From: Ginkgo biloba
Taxonomy: Eukaryota; Plantae; Ginkgophyta
NCBI GenBank assembly: GCA_024626585.2
Contig: JANKJI020000004.1
Coordinates: forward strand, 103,421,589 to 103,446,305
Length of the DNA: 24,717 nt
Direction of reading: 5' to 3'
Within the stretch, counting starts at the first letter, position 1. Each line of letters starts with the position of its first letter. Position numbers and translations under genes: made by a program. The notes beneath the pieces are model-generated. The model had not been told where the DNA came from. It was given only the letters and a program-made list of their open reading frames with translations, and did not search any database. Positions 9,901 to 20,644 of the stretch are shown here, in pieces.

Positions 9901-12900
9901 TTGGATCTTTTAATCTCCCCGATGCTCGATCGTCTCAAGATTCTGATTAATAGTTTTCCTTTCAATCTTCTTCTTTCGGTGATGCGTTTCTGAAGTTTTT
10001 CCTCTACTCTGGATGTGCGCCTCATGCGTTCTTGCTCCAAACTCGTTCCCTTCACGCGATCTTTTCTCTGGCTTGGTGTTCTTTATGTTAACTACGAGTT
10101 TCCTCAATTATTGCAAATTTCCCTTTGGTGTATCAAGAGGCCCACACGTTCTCTGCATCTTTGCTCTCACGAACACACGTTTCTCTGGCCCCCCCTGACG
10201 TCTGCTCCTTTGGCCCGTAGTGGCCCTCAATCCACGTGATTCATCACACGTTTTGTTCTCTGTTCACTTGTTCTAGAACGTCATGCATTTTGCACCTCAT
10301 TCAGTGGTGATTGACTTTTTGTTGTGGAAAATGGCCCAACCATTTAAATTAGTGGTCTCTTACCCCCACTGTAGAAAAATGGCCTAGCATCTAATATTTT
10401 ACCCGATAATAAATTCTCTGTACATATCACACGAGACTCCTCCCGACAACTCAAACTTTTACACTATTTATTTTTCACACTTCCTACACTACAAATGTCT
10501 CTTGTATGGTTTTAACCCTGTCTTGAAATCACACCTTCTCTTTGGCTGGGTTTGGAATATCAGACTCATCCTTCTTTTTTGGTTGATACATTTAGCTACT
10601 ACACGTTTGAAGGTTAAGAGACTGCATGTTATCTACGACGCAAATTACAAGATTGGAGGTCTTAGTATTGTTTTGAGGGTTGTTATGATAATTTTTCCAT
10701 TCATGATCTCCTCATACACATTCTTCACATACAAACCTCCCATTCTTCTCCACTGGATATGGCGCTCGTGCATGCCCCCAACGTAAGCATAAATGACATT
10801 AAATGGATTTTTTCTTTCCCTCCCACTACTTGTATTGTCATGGCAATGTATTGGTAGCACATTGATAGTACATGTTCCCTGTACCTCATCCTCGACACCC
10901 CCCTCAACCTCCACGATATGAACCTTAGCTACGTTGATTATAATAACGTGTTTTGGTACAATGGGAATCTACCCTACAAATGTTACACCATTGTTCTAGG
11001 ACAAGGACTAGGTCATCCATATGTTCATTTCGTAGGTGCTCCTACTTATAACAAGGCAAGGGACACAATACACCATTATGATTTGTCGCTACAATTTCTT
11101 GTTTTAATTTTGTGATTTTAGCTCGCAGACTTTCAGTTGTTGGATTTGTTTTCTATTGTTTTTGTAGCTTAAGGTTTGCCAGTTCTTTTTGTAATTTCTC
11201 AACTTCAGGATCTTGAGCCAAAGCCATGTAACTAGCAGAGTGATAATACATAGTGTTCCCAATTGGTTTTCGAAGCACATAGAAAGATCATGTACTTGTT
11301 GGTGATTTTGCATTGGATGCAAGCCTATAAAATTTTGGGCATGTGGTAGTAGTCCTTGCATGAATATCTTCAATAAATGTGGTGGTGAAGGGTAGTCCTC
11401 AGGTCAAAACGTGTCGAGAAGGATTTGCATTCCCCCATCGTAGTTCTTGATAGATTCTCTTGGGTACTATTGTAATTCTTCCAACACGTGCTATTGTTAA
11501 TGGATTATGTAATTTTCAAAGTGATCTAAGAAGTGATTTGAATTTTGTCCCACGAGGAATTGTCTAGAATGACTTATTGGTACTAGGCAATTGCTAGACC
11601 TTTGAGCCTACTAAAGAATTTGGATTTGATCTCCCTTTCATTTGTTATATTCTTTCATTCCATAATATTTTTTAATAACACCAAGTGATCAAAAGGCTTT
11701 GTTGTTTCGTCGTATCATAGATTAGCAAAGGCATTATCATTTTGTACCACAATATAGGGTTGTTNNNNNNNNNNNNNNNNNNNNNNNNNNNNNNNNNNNN
11801 NNNNNNNNNNNNNNNNNNNNNNNNNNNNNNNNNNNNNNNNNNNNNNNNNNNNNNNNNNNNNNNNGAATATGATTGAAATTTGAAAAACAAGGGGCGGGGA
11901 GGGAATTTTAAAATTAAAAAAATTAAGCCTAAAATAGAACAAGAAAGAATTCAGAGGATGGGGGGGGATACGAACTTGGAATCCAAGCTTAGCTAAGCTG
12001 TTAACCCTTTGGCTTTTTGATGGTTGCTCCTAATGAATGCTGCACCTTTATCTATTGCTCCCTCTCTTTGTTGCTACTCTTCCTCTGCGTGTTGCTCCTT
12101 CCTTTTGCGTATTGCTTCATTGTTGCCCCTTTTTTCCTTGTTGTTGCATTGTTGCTCCTTCACTCTTTGTCACTTTGAAAGTTTGATGCTCACAATCAAT
12201 ATAACAATCCTCTTAGTGAAGAAACCCTTGAAATTCATTTTAATTCAATAAGCATGCTTTTTTTTAAATGTTGTTTAAAAAAAAAATTGAAATTCTTTTA
12301 AGGCGAACCCCACCCTCAAGCACGGTTCATCGAGGTGCGCCACCCTATGGATTGGGGTGCACCCCTGATCTAGACCGGTGTGCTTGCAAGAGCACACCTG
12401 GTGCACCTGGGTTCATGCCCCCAGCCAACCGGGTGCGCGAACCCTGCTACCTTGCATTTTTAACATCAACAGGGTGCCTATTCAGATGGCTACAAAAGGT
12501 TGCAAGATATTCATGACTAATCTATCATTGATTATGCTAACTAATGATTTGTAATAGTTCTACAATTGTCTCTATTTTGTTGCATTAATTATACCAATCG
12601 ACTTAGTCTTCTTATTGTGACCGAGGTCTAATGCGCTTGGTGAGACGATCGACCATATGGCTAGGACGATTGGTGACTATTACTGGTTGCGATTGATAAT
12701 TGCTAGTCTCGCTGTGACCGATAACTAGGTTTGTTGCGATCGAAGACTAATTGCAAGATGGCCCATCTTTGTTGGTTGCAAATGGATATTGTTCCTGATG
12801 CAATCGACTTCTATATTGCAATCCAAACTTCAACAAAAAAAGTTGATAGAAAGAGAGCTAAAGATTTAAAAATGAATTGATGTTTACACATGCCAATAGA

Positions 12901-15900
12901 GGTGTAAATTTTCACATGCATTGTATGAACCTTAACTATCTCTATAAAATCAGGTGAAAAAGTATTGCTCAGTGTTAAACCCATTTAAGATTCATAAAGG
13001 ATAAACTAATCCATTTGCTCAAAGTTTACTATGAAGCAACGTCTCTCTCCTGCAAAATACTAGACACTTTTTCCTTTTATGAAAAAAGCTACAAAGGACT
13101 TTTTCTTTCATGAAAAAATTCCTTTGTAGTGGTTTCTTTAAGGACCCAAGTAGAACGCTAACATTGTACCCTTAGACAAGTTGCAATTGTGTGCCATAAG
13201 TTCTCTATTTACCTAGTTTAACCATCTTGAATCATGCATCTTTTGTAGCATTTACTTGAGAATCCCATTCGATAACTTTGCCTACCTTGTGTAGATAAAA
13301 CAAGCTTCGACTTACTATGTAATATCATAAAGTCTACAAACATGTTGGATGACTACATCAAATAAGTGGTTGTTTGTTTCCTCACAAAAGATATCCAATC
13401 CCTGTAACATACTTGTGTATGAAATAATTGATATTTGCTAAGATGTCATGATCATGTCCAACAAAATACTAGCTTCATTGCCTTGAAAACGAAGACACTC
13501 AAATGCTTGGAAAATCCTTGCAGAACTATCAATTAAGTGCTATAAAATCCTTTACAAGTTGTTAACGTGGACATTGAGCAACACCAAAATAGGAAGTTAA
13601 GAAGTTGGTTGTTATAGGCCCTTATCTGCTCTATAAGACTACATCACATACACTACTCAAGACACTTGTTAGAGTTGGAATGAACATATACTTTTGGTTC
13701 CTTGTGCAATGGTCATCTTCACAACCCTCTTGAGGGTTATGCTCTATCATTTCATGAAATCTATATCTTCAACTCAATAAAGATTATTTCAACAAATCAT
13801 TCACAAGCATCCCTTCTATCTTAGGTGAACCTAAATATGAGGTAGCAATAAAGTGCCAATGATGATACATGATCCCCCAACATCTAATCAATAATCACGA
13901 TACCATATGAAGTGTCCCTCAAACCATCTATAAGGTGCTCCTACACACTTGATACCTTTTTATTTGTGACATTACACACCATGGACTTGTTGACAATATT
14001 AAATATCATGAACTTCTTAGGCAATGATATTACACATAGTATCTCACCTTGAAATTACACATTACAGTATTTACCAAAGTTACTATATTAAACATCATAA
14101 TCACACTAGAGGATTACATGTCATACCCCAGCCACAAAATTATAAATTGTGACATTGAGAAACCTATCAAGCTTCATTACTAACCATATCCAAAGGTTAA
14201 CTCAAGGTTCTACATGCACCATAAATCATTTTGAATCTAAAAACCTAGCACCGAGAAGTACAACCTCAAAACAACAACATATTAGGCCACTCAATGGGAA
14301 TTTTAAAGATGACAAATTAATTGTTTGTATGATTTAAGGTCAATAAATTTACATTGATAAGAAATAACTAAAATAATTTAAAAAATAACCCAATAGTATT
14401 GTTGCTTACATCACGCAAGTCTTTGTGGTAGGAAATGACATGAAGTAAATATAAATGCCAAATGGGCATACATGTGTCCAATGAACATCAAACAATCCTA
14501 TCTTTGTGCATGACTAAAAACGATATACACGACACCTTATGACATCCTAAAACTTGTAGGCGTCTTCTTTGAGATTCAAGACAAATATATATTCATTTGA
14601 GCTATCCTAACCACATTAAGCATGCCAAAATTAAGGGCATCAATCCTTGTTAACACCTACAAGCCAACAAGTTATCAATTTATCACACACAAACACTACT
14701 TAGAGTTTCAATCGTGCAATATGATCTCCCAAGTCAAAAGCCCTAATGCAAGCCAAAATATCATGAACAACAAAAGCATGTAATCAATCTTATTTAAAAA
14801 TGTACCACATCAAACTCACCTAATACACTTTTTAAGGGTTATGTTGAGCATGGTTTACCTCAAACACTCCCAAAGAGAATTTAAGACCTTTGGGTCAAAA
14901 CCCTAACACATGGTCGCCCTTTAGACAATAAGGCATAAGAAACCAACATAGACATACTCAAATTATTGAGGACAAGTTGCATAAAGCCATAAATTAAATA
15001 TATCATTCAATCCCCTTAATGAGTATCAAACCCTAATGCCATTCAATCCATGCAAGAGGATTGCATAGAGCGCCACATATAAGGCTTAGTATAAGGATGT
15101 CTATAGTCCATAATAATTCTCTCTCCATAGGGTCCAAACCCTAAGTGATACAATTACTCAAGTCATAATTGCATTCCAAAAGCTAGCCACTATGTGTACA
15201 AGTTAGAAAAAAAATTAAAACTATTCTACTAAATATGAGGGTTAGGACAAAGTCATGGATCCCCTTTCAAGGGTGGACCTGAAAAAAATATATTTTTCTA
15301 AAAAATAAATTAAATCTACAAATGAATTGTGTAACAACTCAAGCACAAATGGGTAACTTTCAACCTCAACGGATACCTAAAAAAATACGAGGAAGATGTA
15401 GAATAGTTGATGAAGAAAATCTTAACAATGAAAAAGAAAATGATCGACCACTATCCCTAAAAATGCATCTCCTACGAGTTTCTAACTTTCTTTCAAAAAG
15501 ACCTAATTTCAAAAGAACAATGACAACACATAAAGCTAGAAGATTTATGGTTGATAAGTCCCTAGCACCAAAATCAACCCCATATTTATTTTTTATCTCT
15601 ACTAAGAAATTCTCACAAAAATTAGTTCACGTGTGGATTTGGTTCTATTTGTAGTAGATTTGGACCTGGCCAATCTGGCAAACCCCAATAAGCGAACTGT
15701 AGGGGAAACAACCGGATATTCGCACAAGGGCAACCACGATTCNNNNNNNNNNNNNNNNNNNNNNNNNNNNNNNNNNNNNNNNNNNNNNNNNNNNNNNNNN
15801 NNNNNNNNNNNNNNNNNNNNNNNNNNNNNNNNNNNNNNNNNNCTGAAAACCCTAGAATTATAGAAATAACTTCCTTATACTAGGGCATTCTTGGTCATAG

Positions 15901-18900
15901 AGCAACTCTATATTATTTATGGTTGAAAATGGATTGTTTGGATAGTTAGGGTTTTGTATGATAATTTTGTCCATCTTATTATAAGGTCATAAACCCTATC
16001 GACCAACATAGGGGGCAACTTGTACTAATAGGAAATCCTCTGAGGGGATCTGTAAGGTATAGCAATGGCTATCTAATACATTTATGTATTTTTGTTCATT
16101 TGGGACCATACAAGCATTAGCCCTTATGAGCATGTATTATTAATTTGGGCAAACTACCAGCGAGGGTAGAGTTAGCACCTTAAGAATCCTCGAAGATGTT
16201 TCGGTGTTATGAGTTGTGCTAGCAGTAGTAGTGGTTCATACATCTAGTCTAGCTTGAAGGATGGTGGTATTAGTACATTTTTTGTTTATGCTCACTCTTA
16301 TATTGTAGCCAATGATTGTGTATGAATTTTGCTAGTTAGGGATGGACGTCTCACTTGGGAGACTATTCTGTTGTGAAAGAGAGGTTGGAAAGAGACATAT
16401 GCCTAGCACCCTTATTTGGTTGGTTTAAGGGGTGAAATCTAGTGGAGCAATAATAGCTGCTAGATGCTAACGATATGCACTAAGTTGCTGTTAGAGGTTT
16501 GCCTGCATATCGAATAGGCCCTTTTAGGCAATCCCCCATGGCCAACATTGGATGCTAGGCTAAGCTACTCAGTCTACCTGATACTTAACAATCTACCTTT
16601 TAAGTTTGTTATGCATTTGTATTTTTATGTGAACATTGATCATTAATTAAGATAAGTAAATGTTTATTATGCATACATGCTCTGATAAGTAGCTATTTGC
16701 AACTCTTAACTTAATTAGCATGCAAGCTTAGAAGGCATGACTATTAAAGAGGTATTAGAGCTTGGGGGAGGATTAGGAAAGGATTTTGGGATGGAATCAT
16801 AAATCTTGAAAAAGTTGGAAGCCATAGAGGTTGAGATTAGAAAATTAAAGGAAGTTAGGTAGAATAAAGACAACCTGATCCTTACTTAAAGGAAATGGGA
16901 AGAGATGGAGCAAGCCAAGGAACTTATGCTAGAGCAAGAAGAGGAAGAGCCTTAAAAATTTTGAGCGTCAGAGAGAGTGCCATTCAAAGAATCTGAGGAT
17001 CAGGAACCTTAGCATAAAAGATCCAAAGAGAGTGAAAACTATTTTAGAATGTGAAGTAGTTAAAAATATGCAGATATAGGATTACAACAACATGACTCTA
17101 GGACCTCTTTTAGCATGGGTAAGGTTTGTTGATTTGTGTTGGATCTGAAGAAGAAGGATAATTGTAGACTTCAATTTACAGTGGGAGGAGGCCGATAATA
17201 TTAAGAAAATCCATAGAATTGGACTAAAATTAGTCGTGTTCAAGTGTCGGCACTAGGACCAAAATTACCAATAGGGTCCAAAGGGTAGCACCCCTTCGTG
17301 GGGTACAGCCTGAGTCACTGTATGGCCAATTTGCATTTTAGAATCCTAAAGTCCTATGATTTCCACTAAATATATAGTATATCATAGGGATATCAAAGTC
17401 GCACATTATTGTAAATTACAATGAGTCACAACTTCTACAACAACCTCCAGGAGTAATAAGTAGAAGCTAAACTTTAGGCTATTTATCTATCACTGTGTTG
17501 AAGGCTACATCAGAGGGCTCAAATGATGAAGAATCTCCATGCAATGAAGATTTAGGTTCCATTGGAAGATTGATGGAATCATGTTCCTATAGGATGGATA
17601 ATTCCTCCAAACTTGGCAAAAATCAAGTAGCGGATGCACGTCGCTAAGTTGCATAAATTTGTCAAAATTACAAACTACAGTGACACACAACTTTACAAAA
17701 GGCTCTGACAAAGTGCAAGGCTGCTTAACTTTGTCAAAATGATAAAGGTGAGAAAAAATAACAAAGGCTTTGACAACACAGAAAGTGATGATGGTGTCCA
17801 ATGGCTTAGATAGATCTTGACAAGATCAACGATGCAAGATAAAGCACATTGGTGCAGATACTTGCCAAAATGACAAATGGCAATGCCACACGACTTTACG
17901 AAGTAATGCATAAAAGTATTACTTATTTCCGATTACATAGAAGGCTAGGCACCTCCCACCTGCTAAACTCTGGGGTGGCACCCTGGGTGGTGCATCTAGT
18001 TGAATTTTTTCCGAACTCCCATAGATCCCATTTCTTGTCGATTGGCAATCCCTAGTCAATTTTCTTATCAACATTTGGTGCGTCTAATTGGAGAGCGAAC
18101 TTTATCATTTGTGAATCTTAGATTATAGGTCTGGTCTCTTTTTGTGAATGTTTCAAGAACCTTGGCAGTCTCTCTTGAAAGATCTTGTTGATGATCTCGA
18201 TTTGGGTTCGTGGACATTGTTTGTGGATGGTGCTTGTAGAGGTAATCCTTGTCCATCCACGTTTGTGTGGATATTGAAGGATTGTTATAATAACCTAGTC
18301 GCTACTCATTGTAGGTTGATCCCTTTTCCTTGTACCAATAACATTGTTGAGCATGTTGCTTTGATTAAAGCATTAGGGGTTTGGTTGCTGAAGGAGTGCC
18401 TCGAGTTTGTGTTTAGTTTGACTCTTTGCTTTTGTGTAATTAGTTGAATTCCCAATGGGGTGTCAAGAATGAGATACTTAAGAGGTATTTTGATATGACT
18501 GTGGAGTTGAAGGATAGGTTTCTCTCCTTCAACATAGCTTCTAATGTTAAAGGATAGGTTTCTCTCCTTCCTCATTCACACCATTATCAAACAAAACAAG
18601 TTCAATAACAACATTAGGAGAAGAATTCTCACCTTGTACAATACCTTGGGGATGAACATGTGTGCCTTCTTTGACACCATTAGGATATACTCTAGAGACC
18701 AATTCCAATGCTAAGTTCCTAGTTACAACATGTAAAAGCATCTTAGGCATAGGTGGTGAGGCCATATAAGTAAAGCAGGCCAGCCCAAAGGATAAAGAGA
18801 TGAAAAGACCACGAGTAAAAACACTATGTTACGTGATTGATAGCAAAAATATCTTTGCATAAAAGTGGCTAGGATGATCAAACACATGATGAAATGAATT

Positions 18901-20404
18901 CTTTGACCTTTCCCTATTCCCCCCTTACTCCACACATCATTACAATCCTTTTGCAATTGACTATATCTGCCTTGACTAATTAAGTNNNNNNNNNNNNNNN
19001 NNNNNNNNNNNNNNNNNNNNNNNNNNNNNNNNNNNNNNNNNNNNNNNNNNNNNNNNNNNNNNNNNNNNNNNNNNNNNNNNNNNNNNNNNNNNNNNNNNNN
19101 NNNNNNNNNNNNNNNNNNNNNNNNNNNNNNNNNNNNNNNNNNNNNNNNNNNNNNNNNNNNNNNNNNNNNNNNNNNNNNNNNNNNNNNNNNNNNNNNNNNN
19201 NNNNNNNNNNNNNNNNNNNNNNNNNNNNNNNNNNNNNNNNNNNNNNNNNNNNNNNNNNNNNNNNNNNNNNNNNNNNNNNNNNNNNNNNNNNNNNNNNNNN
19301 NNNNNNNNNNNNNNNNNNNNNNNNNNNNNNNNNNNNNNNNNNNNNNNNNNNNNNNNNNNNNNNNNNNNNNNNNNNNNNNNNNNNNNNNNNNNNNNNNNNN
19401 NNNNNNNNNNNNNNNNNNNNNNNNNNNNNNNNNNNNATTAAGTAATATAAACTCAGCGAATAGGATGAATTGAGAGGGTAAGCAGCATAAACACTGCAAA
19501 ACAGATGCAAACAAACAAACAATGGGATTAGGATACAATGAAACCACGTCTCAATCTATTGGGACACCCAATACTATTAGCTGGTTACAAAATTGAGCAA
19601 GCACCATAATATGATATGAGTAGGCAAGTTCTGAGAAGAAGATTAATTTTCTCGCTAAAACCCAAAGAAAGTGCTCATAGTAGAGATGACATGTATATGA
19701 CGGCAATAGAGGCCTCAAATCACCATAAACTTCTACTCAAGGAGTCCTCACAAGCCCACTTAGAGCAGAGTAGAGTAGCAACCAGATAACAGGGCTTCAC
19801 TGCTGATTCTTTCCATGCATTGTTTCATTCTACTAAACAGAATTCATTTTTATGATTTTAGCTTTTGTTAACGTGTCACATTATAGTCACAGAAATTAAC
19901 TTATTGTCATCGCCACTTTATACTGCGAGCTATCTTCTTCTTCCACTTCATCAATCCTACACTTAGAGAGATTCTCTCATAGAAACGCAAAAAGAATGCT
20001 TGCACTAATTTGGGTGCAGGTGTGTGCATGTATATTGTTTCTCATTACTATAACTATCGTAGAAGAAAGGCCATTATTTATCAAACATATAACATACATA
20101 CACAAATGCAATGCTTGGAAAGGCTTAACCTGGAGCTCAAGAGGGATATCATTCAAGTAATCTTCTAATGTCTGCTCGTCGGCTTCAAGCTCATCACCAC
20201 CAGTGAAGACAACTACCATGTAGTTCACAAATTTTTCCCCAAAAAATTTTTGCAATTCCTCTAAAGCTGACGCCTCTTCTGCAGTAAATCGAGATCTAAC
20301 AGAAAGCACCAAAAGAACTCCATGCAACCCCTCCTTTTCAAATTCCATGCATTTCACAATTTCTTTGCCAATATAGTCTGCACGCATATTCGTGTCAAAG
20401 AGAC
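3846..20404 (-). CDS. IAN: AIG1/IAN (immune-associated nucleotide-binding, GIMAP family) GTPase, partial multi-exon CDS: join(20404-20130, 4226-4062, 3977-3846)
   Basis: The spliced translation (G)LFDTNMRADYIGKEIVKC...VLLVLSVRSRFTAEE...VVVFTGGDELE...LQ|KLLRECNHRTVLFNNKT...ENGGQPYSNQLFREAQ|ARAESLRS...EFMNM has no stops. It matches the plant IAN/AIG1 G-domain second half plus the start of the coiled coil. All six splice sites are GT/AG and phases join (1, 0, 0, 0). Orthology within the family cannot be assigned. Confidence 0.9.
4062..4226 (-). CDS. IAN: AIG1/IAN GTPase exon B (165 nt, 55 aa)
   Basis: Not in the ORF track. Translates KLLRECNHRTVLFNNKTRSETHKGKQAAELLKQIDNVMVENGGQPYSNQLFREAQ, matching the IAN C.NR.VLF(D/N)NKT and NGG.PY motifs. 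Acceptor gcAG at 4228-4227, donor CAG|GTATGC at 4061. Confidence 0.93.
5658..6062 (-). mobile_element. Dispersed repeat family, probable LTR, copy 1 (probably extends left to ~5400)
   Basis: Aligns by eye with 12455-12835 and 6615-6712 (shared gggtgcc, tattcatgactaat, tgtaatagttctacaatt, ttggttgcaa blocks). Orientation is inferred from the CA terminus of the other copies and a reverse TATA-like motif. Confidence 0.7.
6293..6408. repeat. CpG-rich 43-bp tandem repeat (~2.7 units visible, truncated by gap) with internal inverted repeats
   Basis: tcgtcgaacg recurs at 6293, 6336 and 6379. The 14-mers cgttcgtcgaacga and tcgttcgacgaacg are reverse complements and alternate. Confidence 0.92.
6293..6614 (+). 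mobile_element. Right part of a young LTR inserted into an older repeat
   Basis: Order is tandem array, TATA-like cctataatt (~6483), aataaa (~6544), then terminus gggttaaCA at 6614. It directly abuts the truncated repeat copy at 6615, and CpGs are retained. Confidence 0.55.
6615..6712 (-). mobile_element. Same repeat family as 5658-6062, truncated copy
   Basis: gatcgaaaactaa...ttggttgcaaccagacactgtt...aaactttggCA aligns with the right ends of the other two copies. Confidence 0.75.
6887..8560 (-). pseudogene. Degraded extra ORF of a gypsy-type element (uncharacterised; acidic/low-complexity middle, coiled-coil C-terminus)
   Basis: Interrupted coding-like frames are colinear with the upstream protease: EIADEYYKDIFDASRYGIQIEGLKDPNLRWITKFMVVKLFFYQKHTHMPT, RRKKKGKAPMAEE and ORF 6887..7093. 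A purine-rich aaagggggcaggga follows on the minus strand at ~6770-6783. Confidence 0.5.
7550..7891. repeat. 171-bp tandem duplication (7550-7720, 7721-7891)
   Basis: Manual alignment gives 9 mismatches in 171 nt, all transitions, and no indels. The length equals 57 codons. Confidence 0.95.
8600..9154 (-). mobile_element. Ty3/gypsy aspartic protease remnant (non-chromovirus, Athila/Tat-like)
   Basis: LGRGSSVNIL (degenerate LDxGSSVNIL), IQLANQTMIQPL and SYPALLGCQWL (LLGRPWL motif), with stops. Confidence 0.8.
9255..10363 (-). mobile_element. Probable long LTR hosting the solo LTR
   Basis: Non-coding with strong purine/pyrimidine strand skew. It ends ...ggtctcttac (a near-TGTAAGAG start on the minus strand) where the gag-like sequence stops. 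Confidence 0.4.
9606..9875 (-). mobile_element. Short solo LTR (~270 bp) with 5-bp target-site duplication
   Basis: ATTCC at 9601-9605 and 9876-9880. Termini are tatta (TGTTA with G>A) and taaca. A reverse TATA (ctatttata) lies at ~9743. Confidence 0.8.
10364..11700 (-). mobile_element. Degraded gypsy gag with multiple CCHC zinc knuckles
   Basis: Capsid-like remnants (KGLAIA, SSWDKI, RESIKNYDG, FMQGLLPH) precede CNICRVDSHCTKTR (10987-10946), CHLCLRWGHARAPY (10798-10757) and CEECV*GDHEWKNY (10729-10688). Confidence 0.75.
12300..12454. mobile_element. Putative DNA-transposon (hAT-like) terminus with GC-rich subterminal repeats
   Basis: The minus strand begins CAAGGTAGCAGGGTTCGCG at 12454. It has repeated gaaccc/gggttc and ggtgcRc motifs and abuts a truncated repeat copy exactly. 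The partner end was not found. Confidence 0.4.
12455..12835 (-). mobile_element. Same repeat family as 5658-6062, copy ending in CA
   Basis: Colinear with 5658-6062; ends aaacttcaaCA. Confidence 0.75.
13150..15742. mobile_element. Very old retroelement-like remnant (possible pol decay on the minus strand at ~13150-14300, LTR/UTR-like beyond)
   Basis: Only faint RT-like spacing and recurrent caaaccctaa motifs; no clean catalytic motif. Confidence 0.25.
15843..16022. repeat. Diverged copy of the repeat at ~1482-1670
   Basis: Shared ordered blocks: aaaacccta, tagaaa, ttaYactaggg, tggYtgaaaatg, tggataRttagggttt, tagggggYRactt. Confidence 0.7.
17930..18570 (+). mobile_element. Ty3/gypsy Tat-type pol fragment with additional (archaeal-type) RNase H
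   Basis: WTLFVDGACRGNP, TNNIVEHVALI, then after a frameshift DSLLLCN*LNSQWGVKNEILKRYF. It is preceded by SGVAPWVVHLVEF, which resembles the GRxARW..L.EF end of gypsy RH. Confidence 0.75.
20130..20404 (-). CDS. IAN: AIG1/IAN GTPase exon A (275 nt; end of G3 DTPG motif, conserved box, G4 TGGD motif)
   Basis: The acceptor ttttctattacAG at 20406-20405 splits the Gly codon before LFD (phase 1). The donor CAG|GTTAAG starts at 20129. It lies within ORF 19977..20420 and contains RF..EE and VVFTGGDELE motifs. Confidence 0.95.
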
Positions 20405-20644
20405 CTGTAATAGAAAACAAAAGTTAAATTGCTACCCTCTATCAATTTTACCATAGTTTAATTAGGCTCATCTTGAGTGAATAGACATCAAATAATCTTG
20501 TGTGCCAATCAACATGAGATTTTCTCTACTAAAGAATTATAATGAATAGTTAATCAACAGATATTATTGTAGATATTTCATAGAAAAAAATAGTATTTTG
20601 AATGGTACAACATTATATTGTATTAAGGGCAATGAATGTCTACC

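Larger units (their letters stand above)
4227..20129 (-). other. Giant TE-filled intron of the IAN gene (15,903 nt as assembled, containing 7 gaps)
   Basis: Phase-0 GT..AG intron between two exons that are consecutive in the IAN protein. It contains only TE remnants and unassigned sequence. Confidence 0.75.

Noticed and set aside
14735-15145. Scattered AAACCCTA motifs as interstitial telomere
   Set aside because: Single dispersed motifs, not tandem TTTAGGG arrays.
18723-19547. Longest ORFs (274 aa, 180 aa) and other X-containing ORFs
   Set aside because: Artefacts of reading through N-gaps.
19977-20129. Hydrophobic C-terminal tail of the 147-aa ORF as a GIMAP-like membrane anchor
   Set aside because: It lies after the GT donor at 20129; IAN similarity continues in exon B, so this is intron read-through.
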